Of a stretch of DNA of 64,000 bases, positions 26,282-38,864 are shown in pieces. Below the pieces are notes generated by a model that made no database searches, had not been told where the DNA came from, and saw only the letters and a list, made by a program, of their open reading frames with translations. Source of the DNA: Tubiluchus corallicola (Eukaryota; Animalia; Priapulida); the NCBI GenBank assembly GCA_030141605.1, contig JAQGDQ010000018.1:558001-622000 (forward strand), read 5' to 3'. Position numbers and translations under genes: made by a program. Each line of letters starts with the position of its first letter. The first letter of the stretch is position 1.

Positions 26282-27176
26282 CTAGAGGACGGAAGCAGGG
26301 TTGTCTTGGATATTCAATAACTATAATTTAAGAACAGCAAAGCCTAGGAAGACGAATAGTGGGTAGCCAGGATCGCGGACATTACTGATAGTGAATAAGA
26401 TGTTGTAATTCTGCATTGTTTGGCAACCGAGAAAGCATTTCTTTCTCTACCAAAACTTTCTGTCTTTTTCAACAAAGTCTCAAGCCACGCCGACCAAAAG
26501 GCGCCAAAGAAAACCTTAACATGACGTTTTTGGGCTCATAACTTAGGCGACTTGGCCTCTAATAATCGGACCATGGTTAGCCTCTCCCACTGTATATATT
26601 CAGTTTTGTATATTTTTTAAATTTGTTAAACATATAAATATGTAAATAATTATGTCTTTTTCTAGAATAAGTAATAAATAAATAAATTTGCGGAAGGCAT
26701 ACATTCACGACTGTCGTAGAATCAGTCTCACTTGTTAATAGTTGTAAAGTTTGTAAAGTATTATTAATTGCTAGTATATGTGGATGGAGAGAATAAAATA
26801 ATAAGTTGTTCCTGAGCCGTTTTTCAACTAACAGTTTGCAAACGATCTACAAAGTGCACAATTCAGTTGTTTGGTTCCTCTGGTGTAGTGCTGTGTTTAA
26901 ATCCATAGTCCCGATGCCAATATAGGTAACAAAATTACAAGCTTATTTATAAAATATTATAAGAGTAGCTGCAGCGTATATGCAAGCGTGAACAACAAAG
27001 ATGAGGAGTTTTGCAGCTACTACACAGCGCGCGCGCGTGTTTATGTGTGTGTGTTTGTGTGTGCGCGCGCGTGAGTGCGTGCGCGCGTGTGCGTGAGTGT
27101 GTGTGTCTGACTGACTTTCAAGTACTTGCGTGACGTCATACTTACGTCACATGTTTTGGACGGGGTTCTCACTACA

Positions 27177-27253
27177 CTAGTATTTCTAGTATTCCTCATT
27201 TTCTGGTAGATCATACAATATATTGGAGAAATGGGGAATACTAGAAATACTAG
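27177..27253. repeat. 25-bp inverted repeat (1 mismatch), probable mini-MITE
   Basis: ctagtatttctagtattcctcattt (27177-27201) versus aaatggggaatactagaaatactag (27229-27253). Confidence 0.75.
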
Positions 27254-27754
27254 AGGAACTAAACAAAAAAACAAACAACGATCTGAACTAATCAGTTAAC
27301 AAACTAACCGATTTCACGATTCGTGATGTTAAAAAAGTTCGCTATTGGCAGAAAGATTAAAAGCGCTACAAAAATTGTCTAACCGCATTGATGAGACATC
27401 ATATGAAGCATATGATATGCAAGGTTCCAGACATCATCTTCTTTGTAGGTAATTCCGATAGCACAAGTTTTATGCTTATATATTGTAAATAATTTACATA
27501 AAGAGATGTCAGCCGCGCAACAGAATAGACGTGATGGCCATTTTGAGTCTGAATGAACAGCAAATAGAAATTTCGTTTGTTTGCGCATCTCACCGCAATT
27601 ATTGTGGTGCGTGCTGCTATCTTTTCAGTTACGTGAAGAGTTTTATCGTCAACTAACTTATAAAATCTAACTTGTCGCATTAGGAAAGAGCAAACACAAA
27701 GGCATTTACACCGCATTTGTCGTGTGACGAAAGCACGTAAATGGGTGCACATGT

Positions 27755-29061
27755 ATGCGTGGAAACATAGTATCACATAATTCAAGAACAAGTTTCATCA
27801 AGGCAATGAAGACTGGTCGAAAAAACGTTATCGGACACATGCCCTCAACAGAGATGACCAGAGCTTCTAGACTATCACATTCTACAACAGGCATTCGGAT
27901 GTCTTTACCAGAGGTTAAATGTTCCAGTGATAACAGACTCTTTGAAGTCGTGAAGCCTGCTGTTGTGAGTTTATACATAGCTGGATTGTGCCCTATGGTA
28001 TCAAATTTTAAAGGACAACGCACCATGTTGCACAAGATCAGCTCTGTTTATGCGGCTATTCAGTTGATTTTATTTTTCTTTCAGTTCTTTCGTTGCATAC
28101 CAGCTTTTCTGATCAGTTCGCCATATTATAAAAGCTCAACTCTTTGGATGGTCACCTTCACAACGTGGTACCTTAACGTAGCGTGTATCACTTCCGTTTT
28201 AAACATTGCTTTCAGAAAACGAGATCATATGGAGCTATTTTTCAAATATTTGCAAGAAGATTTGTCTTTGCACAAGTTGACCAAATGGTCTAACAACAAG
28301 GAAGTAGCCACAGCAGCTCGTCATGTTCGTCTAATGGTTGGACTAGGCTGGGCCGCATGCTTCCTCAATAGCGCTATGAGTTTTTTCAATTCTTATGGTC
28401 CGTTCGAACAAGGCCGAGAAATTTTTCTCTTATTTTCCATACCGTTCAAGCCGACTATTCCCATTAGAATATTATTTTCAACATTGGGAACTTTTGCTGG
28501 ATTTGGCTGGGTAATGCCGTTACCGTTCTTTGCTTCTATTTGTATCGTTCTTCGCCTTCTGTACAAAAAAATCAACAATGCAATTGAGACTTTGATGCTG
28601 GATGAAGACATTGGAGTTCATGAACTTTCTGCTAGCTTAGAAAAATTGCGTCGCGAACATCAGCAGGTCACCAAATTAGTTGAAATTGCTGACCGAGACC
28701 TGAAAAAAATGATTTTTTTCTTTTACATTATACTCATTCCACTTTCTTGTTTTATTACATATAAAATGATGGACTTTTTCCAAGATTTTGAGGCAAATTT
28801 TCAAGTTATTTTGAATACCGCGTTCTGGGTGCTGTGCTCTATCATCATACTGATATTACTTTCTGTATCTGCTGCTGAACTAAACGCAACGGTAAGTAAA
28901 ATTAATTTGAGGGACTCTGGTCAAGTTAGTAGTAAGAATGTTGTTAATACGGTGTTGATCTACAAATAAGCACTGTGGGCATTTGTCCTAAGTCTCAACG
29001 TAGGTAGTCTATTGTACGAGTTACTGTTATTATTATTATTATTATTATTATTATCATCATC

Positions 29062-29138
<77 letters not shown>

Positions 29139-30824
29139 TATTATTATTATTATTATTATAAATCTACTTTATTCTCCGTTTCCAGATATGCATTCCAACA
29201 ATTTAGATACGATAGATACGATAGATCTAAATTGTGGTAATAAAATTGTCTATTAAATTCACTGCAAATCAGATGCAACCCAGGAATCGCATCCACTGAC
29301 GTATAATTTATTAATTAAAAATCCTCCAATGACATTTCTCTTGCGGCGGTTTTTCAGTAAATTCCTCAGTATGTTTCAACGCTCCAATATTTTTTTTCTA
29401 AATTTATTCACATAGATTTTGACACAAGCGCTTCGTTTTTCGTGGCGGACCAGGACCTTAATTTAATCCGCTCATTGTGTCTCACAATGTTCGTTCAATC
29501 TCGCCAACAAATGTCACCACGTATTTGCATAATGCTCATATTTAAATCCTCTTTTTTAACTTTTAGGCTACGGAAGGATTAAACGCTTTATTCGATTTGA
29601 AGATGTACAGAGACAATAACGAAGACAAACAAATTACTTCGCTGTCTTCAGATGTTGGTGATGTTGTTAATAAGCTTAACATGACACTACAGGTATCTCA
29701 TCTAAAAAGCTAAAACAATAAATAATATAGAAGAGTTTTGTTAATCAAAACTTTCTTTAAACAGCGTTTACTCTAAACGCCATATGAGGAGAGAATGGTT
29801 GGGATCGCTGTACCAAAACACTAATATTGCTACCTGCTCATTCACCGCACACTGGCGACTTACCAAATTTTGTAATAATTTAATTAGTGAAATTTTGCAT
29901 CTTTATATTTCTGCGATAAACAGTCAATAATTATAAATGAATTAATTGTAAGTACAAAAGAATTACCTGTAGATACTTTTCTCCACACAATAGAACCGTT
30001 TATATGTGTCATAACGTACTACCTTTATAGCAAAGTTGATAAACTAATTTCGTAAGAATCGTCGGAATCTGTTTATACGTACTGAATCGTTTTTTCATTT
30101 TTTTCAGATGACGATGTTTATGATTAAACTTGGCAATGGAAAAATTGGATTTTCTTTTTGGGGTATTTTCATCATCACTAAAGAAGTCATACTTACAGTG
30201 AGCATTACGCTTTTTTTCATAAATTGTACTTTGTAGGGAATGAGACATATCTACCATTTCAACTTTTAGCCATATTATCAGCAAGCCAGTCTGGTATAAC
30301 TCCGACGACCGGGGCATCGATGATATGATATAAATTAAACATAAAAATGTGCCGTGATTGTCAGCTATGTGCAAATACAATGTAATAAAGTGGGTTCTAA
30401 CGTTTCGTATACATAAAATAAATCATTATTTTACGATATAACAATATATGCGGTTACATATTTCCGGGAACATTGGTAAAACTACGTCAATTCAGATGGC
30501 CTTCTTATACAAGAAGAAGGCTGTACAGAAGGCGCTGTCTGTTAACTTTCTAATTTCCATTTCATAGCGTTTTTGGTATAATGAAAGGCACACTATTACA
30601 CGAAAGATTTAACAGGAACTATGAGGCGTTTGATTTTTATTCAGACTACTGGTGCCAAATGTTACCTATGTGTGAAAAATCGTTTCGTGACTGAAATCCG
30701 CATTTGCAGTATTTTTATTTTCCTAAAAAGACTTGCGAGTTTAATAACTTTCTGCATTTTTTTTCAGCTGGCCAGTCTTTACTTTACGTATCTGCTACTT
30801 ATATTGCAGTTTAATTTGGATTAG
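27755..30824 (+). CDS. Gustatory receptor-like 7TM protein, GRL-C (up to ~469 aa, 4 coding exons)
   Basis: Exons 27755-28891, 29567-29692 (ATEGLNALFDLK..MTLQ), 30108-30197 (MTMFMIKLGNGKIGFSFWGIFIITKEVILT), 30768-30824 (LASLYFTYLLLILQFNLD*). GT-AG phase-0 introns. Several alternative in-frame start Mets. Confidence 0.9.
29027..29160. repeat. (ATT)n(ATC)n(ATT)n compound microsatellite in GRL-C intron 1
   Basis: Direct reading of the sequence. Confidence 0.95.
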
Positions 30825-31811
30825 AACGAAGAGCCCAGGAGAAGAAACTTAGACGTTATTCTAGTCATTACCGTTTTATCGTTAATTAGTTATGGTGTAA
30901 TTATATTGATTGTGCTTGTACCCCCTGCGCCGGCATTGGCCCGAACAGACACAGACTTTTCGGACGGTTTATATCATTGCGGTTTGCACTGTATCCACTG
31001 TCACAGGAAGCCACGGAACCACAGAGACGCATATAATCCGCCGTGAATATTTTTCTGGACAAAAACTCTCAGATTCGTGACCGAGATTGCGCAATGCGAA
31101 GATAAACAATGAGTCTTAGTTCTATTTAATTCAGAACAGCACTCACAACAGATTTTCAGACATTGATTTTTGATGAACTCAGATTATGATAAATTTTGTG
31201 TAATAATGATTCTTCTTTGTTAACTATGCAGTAGCTCCACCGACATGGAGAGGCTGCATTAAAATTATATAAATAACAAACATTAATGAGTAATGTTGAT
31301 GTTTACCTTAAATTAGTCCATTAGGGGAAAACAAAGAATCAGATTGCCAAGTTTTCAACAAAAATGGGTAATTTGCACTTGTGGTTACGTCTAACACCAC
31401 TTACGTAACCCTTCTGCGTAAAATTAATATCTGAACTTGTTCACTGTTAAGCATTTAAAGTAACTTTTACCGTACGGTACGGTCCGTATGCTGTTCAAAT
31501 CATTTTCCTTGCGCAACTTATGTGAAAAATAAGGCGAAATTAAAATTCTAACAACTAATACATTTGTTTTTATTCTGTAAAGATCGTGGAAATAAAGTAT
31601 ACTACTAAAAATATCTTTTATTTTGTATTCCTTTTAAGAAACTACCGCAAGTTTTGTAGGTTAAGAAATGCAAGCCATTTCTACAACTGCGGTAACATAT
31701 CGCAGATTGCATATGTGTATGATGGATGCAGTTTTTCCAACTGATAATTTCAACAGAAAAAGTTTTCTGTTTCTGCACGTGTCTGTGCTGACTTAGTGGA
31801 TACGTAGCCTA

Positions 31812-32011
31812 AAGTGGCATTTACCAGACATCCGGAATGCGTTTGCGTTACGTGGATGCGGAATAGATAACATCGGTTTATAATTTTCAATGCACCCGTT
31901 TATCAGACCAGCGTTATGCGTTATTTTTTCTGCAGCTATTTCCTACTGATTTTTATACGCAGCTATTCCGCAGGTGGACAACGCATAAATCATGGCTGGC
32001 AAACGTCGCTT
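31812..32011. mobile_element. Possible PIF/Harbinger-like MITE
   Basis: Imperfect TIRs aagtggcatttaccagac / ggctggcaaacgtcgctt, T/A-rich flanks, interior rich in tgcg/cgca units. Confidence 0.35.
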
Positions 32012-34593
32012 AAGCTACACGCAGATGCAGGTCTATTTTAATTTTATTACACTCTCTGCTTTTTCAATTAATTTCTGTTTTTTCGGCAACTCATAATTTA
32101 TGCAACTGCATGTTAGTGCGTTAGTGAATACAAGTGTAACGAATAACGATTATTTTTAATAAATATAATAAATAGATGAAATTGATTCTGCAAGATTTTA
32201 TCTTTCATTCAGCTCTCTGTCTGTTGTCACTGTTTGTGTGGCTTAGTTATTAGGAAATATTCACTGAATAATAAATATGTATTTAAAGTTTTCATAAATT
32301 TTATATTTCTTTACATCGTTCGACTAAATTTTCATTTTGTCAAGAAATCCCTAGTGTTGTCCGCAGAATATATACCAGTCGATTATACCAAGCTCGGTGG
32401 GTTTGTACTTAAGATACCAGATACACTTCTTCTGTGTAAGGAAATAGGAAGCAAGCATTACTGTGGTCGATACTTCGATCCTTCGGTGGAATCGTCATTA
32501 GTTCTGAAATGAAACTTCTCGGTACCAATGATAAATGATTAAAACCGTGAATATTACGTGAATTAAAACGTCCTATTTTCGACCAATGAAGATTGCTTTT
32601 AGTAGAAGTGTGGTTACTTTACACAACTTGTTTTGAAAAATCACATCCATTATCTTTAATTTACACTAATTTTTTGCCCAGAATTTGGAACTACGTATAT
32701 CGCAATCGATTTTTTTATACAGATCTCCATCAATGCCTTCGACATTCCGTGATTTCGTCGTTGACTTTACCGTCATCAAGTGAGACATTCACAAAAGTTT
32801 TTTAAAGATTCTTTGACATATTTACTGATCATGCCAGTTTTATTATTTTACTAATATCAGAAACTTTTTTGGCATTTCTGACATTTGAAAACGCATTCTA
32901 GACATATCTATCCGCTTAATGTGCGCTGACGCTTTTTATTCTGTTTTTAATACACAAAAGAAATGTTTTCTGTTTAGCCGTTTAATCTTCAATTTAATCT
33001 CACGGACCTGACAGGCATTTACACGCAGTGGCAGGTTAAACCATAACATGCAAAAAACTCCTGTATTTATGGGTTAATAATCCCAGACAAAACAGTGACC
33101 GTGTTGTCAGTCTCCAGTCAGATTTTTCCATTTCTGACAGAATTTAACGCGTACTAGTTTCTAATTGTCACTCGACTCATGGTTTTTACCTGCCGAGCTT
33201 TATTGCCATCTAATGCACTATAATAGTTAACAACAAAAGACAAATGAAGTGGTGTTTAAACAGTAATGGTGGTTCGACGCTTTTAGAGACCAAAATCGAA
33301 TATACATTTCATTATGATAACATGAGTTACAAAAGCGAGTACACAAAGGAACATCCATTAATGCATGGTGGATTTTTCCGTCACGCATTATGACACTTAC
33401 AAATACACAAGATCTCGCTCAGTCTATAGACGGTTTTTAAAACTGCTTCCATGCCAATGCAGTATTCATTAGGGACCTTCAAAAATGTCATAACAATAAC
33501 AACGACAATTCATTTTTTAAACTAAAATCATTAACCCCTAAGACACTTTTTCGTCTTACGTAATATATTGTAACAAACGATAATTTTTGGATATTCCTCA
33601 ATCGACTGTGGTAAGCTAACTTGATTTAACTTTTTTACGATATTTAAGTTGCTACTAGTACTAATTCACTTTTCACAGTAATTTTACTTAATTCTTGGAG
33701 GCCCCTGGGCTGCGGCCGATAAAGCCCTGCTTTGATCCGCCACTGGCAAAATTCTTTTTCAATTGTTTCAAAATGAACAGGTTTGTTAATTTATTCTTGG
33801 ATTTGGCTTCTTTCCAAGAAATTTTTGTTGTTCTTTTTATAGGCAGTTCTGTTCTTGGCCAGTGATTTTATCAGTTTGTTCTGTTACTCTTTTCGGGCAG
33901 ATGGCCTCTTTCATTTAAGAAGGAATGCTGCTTTTATTGAATGACTTTTTAGCATTAATTTGCCGAGACTATGTATTGTGCTTGCTGAACGGGATCGTTT
34001 CCGTGATTCTACACATTTCTTGAACACACCAAAAATAATACCAGCTAGTTAAATACATACTAGGTGAGAATTCACAAAGCGATTTTCTTTTCTTGTCACT
34101 AAAGAATTGTAAAATTAGATGCAATTAGATCCAGTCAATCAGATTGGTCAGCTTAATCAATTTGTCATTTCATTTGAAACTGTTTGTTTTTGAATTGCAG
34201 CTGACATATCAAAGGTAAGATATTTTCTTGAGCATCAGTAATAGACACTAAGGTTATCAAGGCTAGACGTCACTGCTACACAAACCGATTTTGACTTCAA
34301 ATTTACTCAATATAATCGCATATTAGGTCATAGGCATACGTTATAAACGCCATTGAATAAACTCATACACAATGCGCAGAATACAAATCTTTTAATAGCA
34401 GCTATGTCTCGACACAAGCCATTAATATTCTGGCGTGCTTCTTAGTTCCATAAACATTATGACAGTAACTGCTGCTATTGGCTTGTGATCGCATTATAAT
34501 ATGAAGCCTTTGGCTTATTAGTCCATTACAGTTAAACAGATATTAGCATTCGCTGGGCGTCTAGAATCTAGGAGATAAACTTCGTCGAAAATC

Positions 34594-37500
34594 ATGCAAT
34601 ATGCAAGAGAACGAGAAAGGTCGGGAAGCACTCAGAATGACAACAACTCCAAGCCTGAAAAGAAGACATGTATGAAGCGACTGGACGATTGCAGGCTCTA
34701 TGTATTACTGAAACCAACTATCGTCAGCCTTAACATAGCTGGTATATGTCCGCTTATACGAACACCAACTGAACGGCAGTCGCGCATCCACATAGCTTCT
34801 TCTGTGTACTCGATATTCATCTTGATCCTCATGATATTCCTCTTGCTTCGCATCATCGTGTCAATGATCTTGCGCGCAGGAACTGATGCTTATGACGAAA
34901 ACATGGATTCACCTGTCTGGAACACAATTTTCATCACTTGGCACCTCATGGTAACATGCAGCACAATTGTACTGCAAATAGGGTTCAGAAAAACTAAGCA
35001 CATTCATCAACTCTTCAAATATTTTCACGAAAATTGTTCTTCAATATGTATTACAGAAGATAAAATATTTACTAAAACAAGAAATCACGTCCGTGTCCTA
35101 GTCGGTATTGGATGGGGAGCATGCATCTTCAATATATCCATGTTGTTCTTTAATGCTTGTGGACCTATCGAAGAGAGTCGGAAGATTTTTTCTATGTTTA
35201 CAGTCCCGTTTCCAGATACATTACCAATTCGCATTATTTTCCAGGTCCTGTCCATATCAGTGACTCTCGGCTGGTTTTTACCTATACCGTTCTTTGCAGC
35301 AATTTGCTTGATATTCAGAATGGAATACAAGAAAATAAATGAAGCTATTGCTGTACTTATGGCAAACAAGGCTATTACAGTGAAGAGTCTAGCCAACCAG
35401 CTAGAAGCACTCCGTCAGAAACACCAAACAGTCACTAAGTTGGTGAAAATAGCTGACCTGGACTTGAAGAAAATTATATTTTTGTGCTACTCGTTTAATA
35501 TTCCATTAATCTGTTTCATAACCTACCAGCAGATGAAGCTATGGCAACAATCCACTTTACTTGTCTACGCAATGATCAACGGCATGTTTTGGATAATGGC
35601 GGATGTCATCATGTTGTTGATCATTTCGATATTTGCTGCAGAAGTCAATCAAGAGGTAAGCATTGACAAATAATTGTGTCGTCATCAATGTCAGCGTCAA
35701 CGTCAAAAAGGATTAAAATTATCAATGTCAGCGTCAACGTCGTTAAATTATTAAAATACCTGATAGATAGCAGAAACAAAGTAATAATACAAGTACTCAA
35801 GGCATTTTGCGATATCCGTAATGCATACTATTTGACAAAACTGACAAATCTCTGTCAGGCTACTGATTTTATTATTAGTTACCAAGAAGCGATGTAAGTC
35901 ACTTGGGCAAGCGTCTACTTCATAATAATATTATATATATATATATATATACTACATAACATCCTAAATCCTAAAATAATCACACGCTTTTAAGGTCAGT
36001 GATAAAAACTTTGTCAGACAGGAACTTTTTGCTCATCGTCCACTAATTTAGACTGAAAAGAGTAAGGCCCTACTTGTTTGTAAACTACATTTTCTACATA
36101 ACTGTTGATTTAAGAAGACAAGACGGTCTCATCAAATTAACTATGGCAGTTAGATTAAGAATTATTGACACCCAACTAATTCATTTAAAGAATATAAAAT
36201 ATTACGTTTGCTGAACAGATTCATAAATTTTTATCTTCTCTTTTTCTCTCTACAATTTAAAAAATTATCTGCCTGTCTCGCTTTCTCTTTTTGGGCATCA
36301 TGCAGAGCCAAATGATTAGGAGAGTGTTGCAGATGAAACACCTGGAACAGTTTTCTCAAGTGTATGCAAGCTCTTTACTGGCCAATCCTGCCGCTGTTTG
36401 ACTTGTACCCAGTTGCACGCTGTGACAGCCAAGTTATTCTCATGAAAGCTAAAGTGCATTAATTCATGCTATAAGCCAAATCACCATAAGAAGATAATGC
36501 AGTAGAGAATTCAGAACATGATACAGAAAAGTATCTAAAATAAGTAAAAGCAAGCGATAAAAAGTGAAAGATATGGTGACTAGGTCAAATTGTAATAGTG
36601 AGTCAGCAGGCTTTTTGTCTGTTAGGTTTGATCTGTTAATATTCAAATATGTAAAGTTAAGTGACAAAAAAGTAACCGGTACAATGATTACAGCCAACAC
36701 AGTGCAGTTGTGAGCCAGTAAATTTTTGACTATTAACTGGTGAGAGCAGAAAGATATGCTGACAGAAAAACAAAAATGTGGTAAAATGTTACAGGTCATT
36801 TCTTTTTCTTATGTTTCATCTTAAGTGATGTAACACGTGTTGCAATAAATCCTCTACAGGTCGCTTAAGCGTCGTTCCGCTTCAAATCACCCAATATTCT
36901 TCCTGAAAAACACCCTTATGTCGCAGATTTTAATGCAATTTGGTGTGTTGGTTTAGCTTAAGGAGAAATGCAAAAGTCCAAATTTTTAACGAAATTGGGC
37001 CAGCGGTTCAAAAGTTACGGCTCTTTGAAAATGGCCGAAAGGGCCAAAAAATCGCCTAAATCGGCATGACCTGCAATTTTTAAACGTTCATAACTCAAAA
37101 AGTTTAAATCCAATTTCGATGGGAATGGTGCCATTTTAAAGGGAATTCAATAAGCTTTCAGAATCTGCAACAAAACTTCAGATAGGTGGCGTCTGAATTT
37201 ACAAGAACTTTTGACCTTTACTTTGACCTTGAAAATGACCTTGTGGGACAGAATTTTTTGGACCGAGTCTGGCGTTCTTGAATTCCTCGGTATCTGGATC
37301 ATGTACTCTGTAAAAAGCTAAGCTAATGTTAATTTTTATGGGCATTTGAATTTACCATACAAGCCTAATTCGTGGTGACATGTATATATCATAAGGTGTG
37401 TATGAGTACCACATATTTCATATGCATCCATTAAATATTTGGTGGTTAGGAGTGAGTCATCTTTAAATTTTACAAGCTTAGGGTGCATTTTATGTAATGT

Positions 37501-38864
37501 GTGAATTTATTTTAGTGAAATGTGGATAAGTGCAGTTTTTATTAGAAAGAAAGTTAGAAATTACAAATCTACCAAAATCTGTTGTAATTGGGAAAAAAGT
37601 GTGTCCAAGTTGTTGCATGAAACTCAAACAAAAGGTTGATCATGAATAAGACAGTAATATTGAGGAAAATACAGAAGTTTCCTTATCAGAAGCTGACAGA
37701 GATGTATCTTTGACGAATGCTAATGCTGTGTTGTTGACTCTGGATAAAACACCTGCAAACACAGGTTAGTTATTTTTGTTCTATGAAGATACGGTGGTTT
37801 TCCCAAATAATAAACTTCATCGTGCACACTCATACAAACAATTTTGAAAGTAGAAAAGACAGGGGCATCGCTAGACATGGTTGACAGATTCTGAAAGCTT
37901 GTTGAATTCCCTTTAAAATAATACCACTCCCATCAAAATTGGATTTAAAAAATATAAACACAAAACTTGGGCACAGGGATAGGTATGGGCAAGACCAACA
38001 GCCCAGCTTTTGGGTTCAAAAAGTCAAAGGCTAAGGTCACTCAAAATAATTTTTTGTCTATAGTACCTCACGTCACGGCATGAGTCTGACCCTCTAGTTG
38101 GTGCTCTCATTCTAGTTACAACAGACTACAACATAGTAATTGCACAGAAAAATACAGAACAAAAACTGTTTTCTGTATAGGCACATGGAGGATTCAGTGC
38201 ATTATTTGATTTGAAGACCTGTCATCATAACGAATATTGCTCTACCATCAGCAAACAAGAAGACATGGACGTTCTTACCAACGTCAACTTTGCATTACAA
38301 GTAAGTGTACCATATGTCCTCCGGATTTATAAAAGTCAAATTGCGTGCATCAGCATTCTTGAACATTTTTATAGCCAACTATAAAAAAGTATCGGAGCAT
38401 GCTACCAGTATAATACCTTTCCTATGCGACTAATACTAATAGCTGTGCATTTTTCAGATGAATATGCTAATGATCAAGCTTGGAATAGACAAAATTGGCT
38501 TCTCATTTTGGGGCATGTTTGTAATAACCAAAGAAGTGATTCTCACTGTAAGTAGAGTTATGTAATCATTGAAAAACTTTTTTCACTAATTATCACTATT
38601 CTAATCATTAAGAATTAAATTTCCGTTATAGTTATAAGTACTAAAGAGATGCTTTTCCAGTTTTTTTGAAAACAGGGTTGCAGAGATTTAGCAACAAATT
38701 ACAGGTGAAAGCTACAATACTGTTGTTGTAATAAAAACAATACAACGATGTGCATTTTTTGCTCAGCTTTTTCCCGCCAGAGCAATTTGCATAATGATTT
38801 TTCCTTTTAGTTGGCCAGCCTCTATGTCACCTATCTCTTGCTTATGATACAATTCAACGTATGA
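34594..38864 (+). CDS. Gustatory receptor-like 7TM protein, GRL-D (~441 aa, 4 coding exons)
   Basis: Exons 34594-35655, 38181-38300 (AHGGFSALFDLK..FALQ), 38458-38547 (MNMLMIKLGIDKIGFSFWGMFVITKEVILT), 38811-38864 (LASLYVTYLLLMIQFNV*). GT-AG phase-0 introns. Confidence 0.92.
36858..37950. mobile_element. Internally deleted DNA transposon in GRL-D intron 1
   Basis: A ~70-bp imperfect inverted repeat (37103-37171 versus 37880-37950) encloses a degenerate plus-strand peptide GKKVCPSCC...SLTNANAVLLTLDKTP, reminiscent of transposase N-termini (possibly Sola-like; inference). Confidence 0.5.

Noticed and set aside
14679-35396. Mutually similar antisense ORFs (14679+, 23828+, 28393-, 35085-) with KNG.G and GPNALK-like motifs
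   Set aside because: They are antisense shadows of conserved GRL codons, not an independent gene family.
14375-35673. Treating the four large 7TM ORFs as intronless GPCRs ending at the ORF-track stops
   Set aside because: Each ORF runs through a GT donor at a homologous position. Conserved downstream exons supply TM7 with TYxxxxxQF, and no rhodopsin DRY/NPxxY motifs are present.
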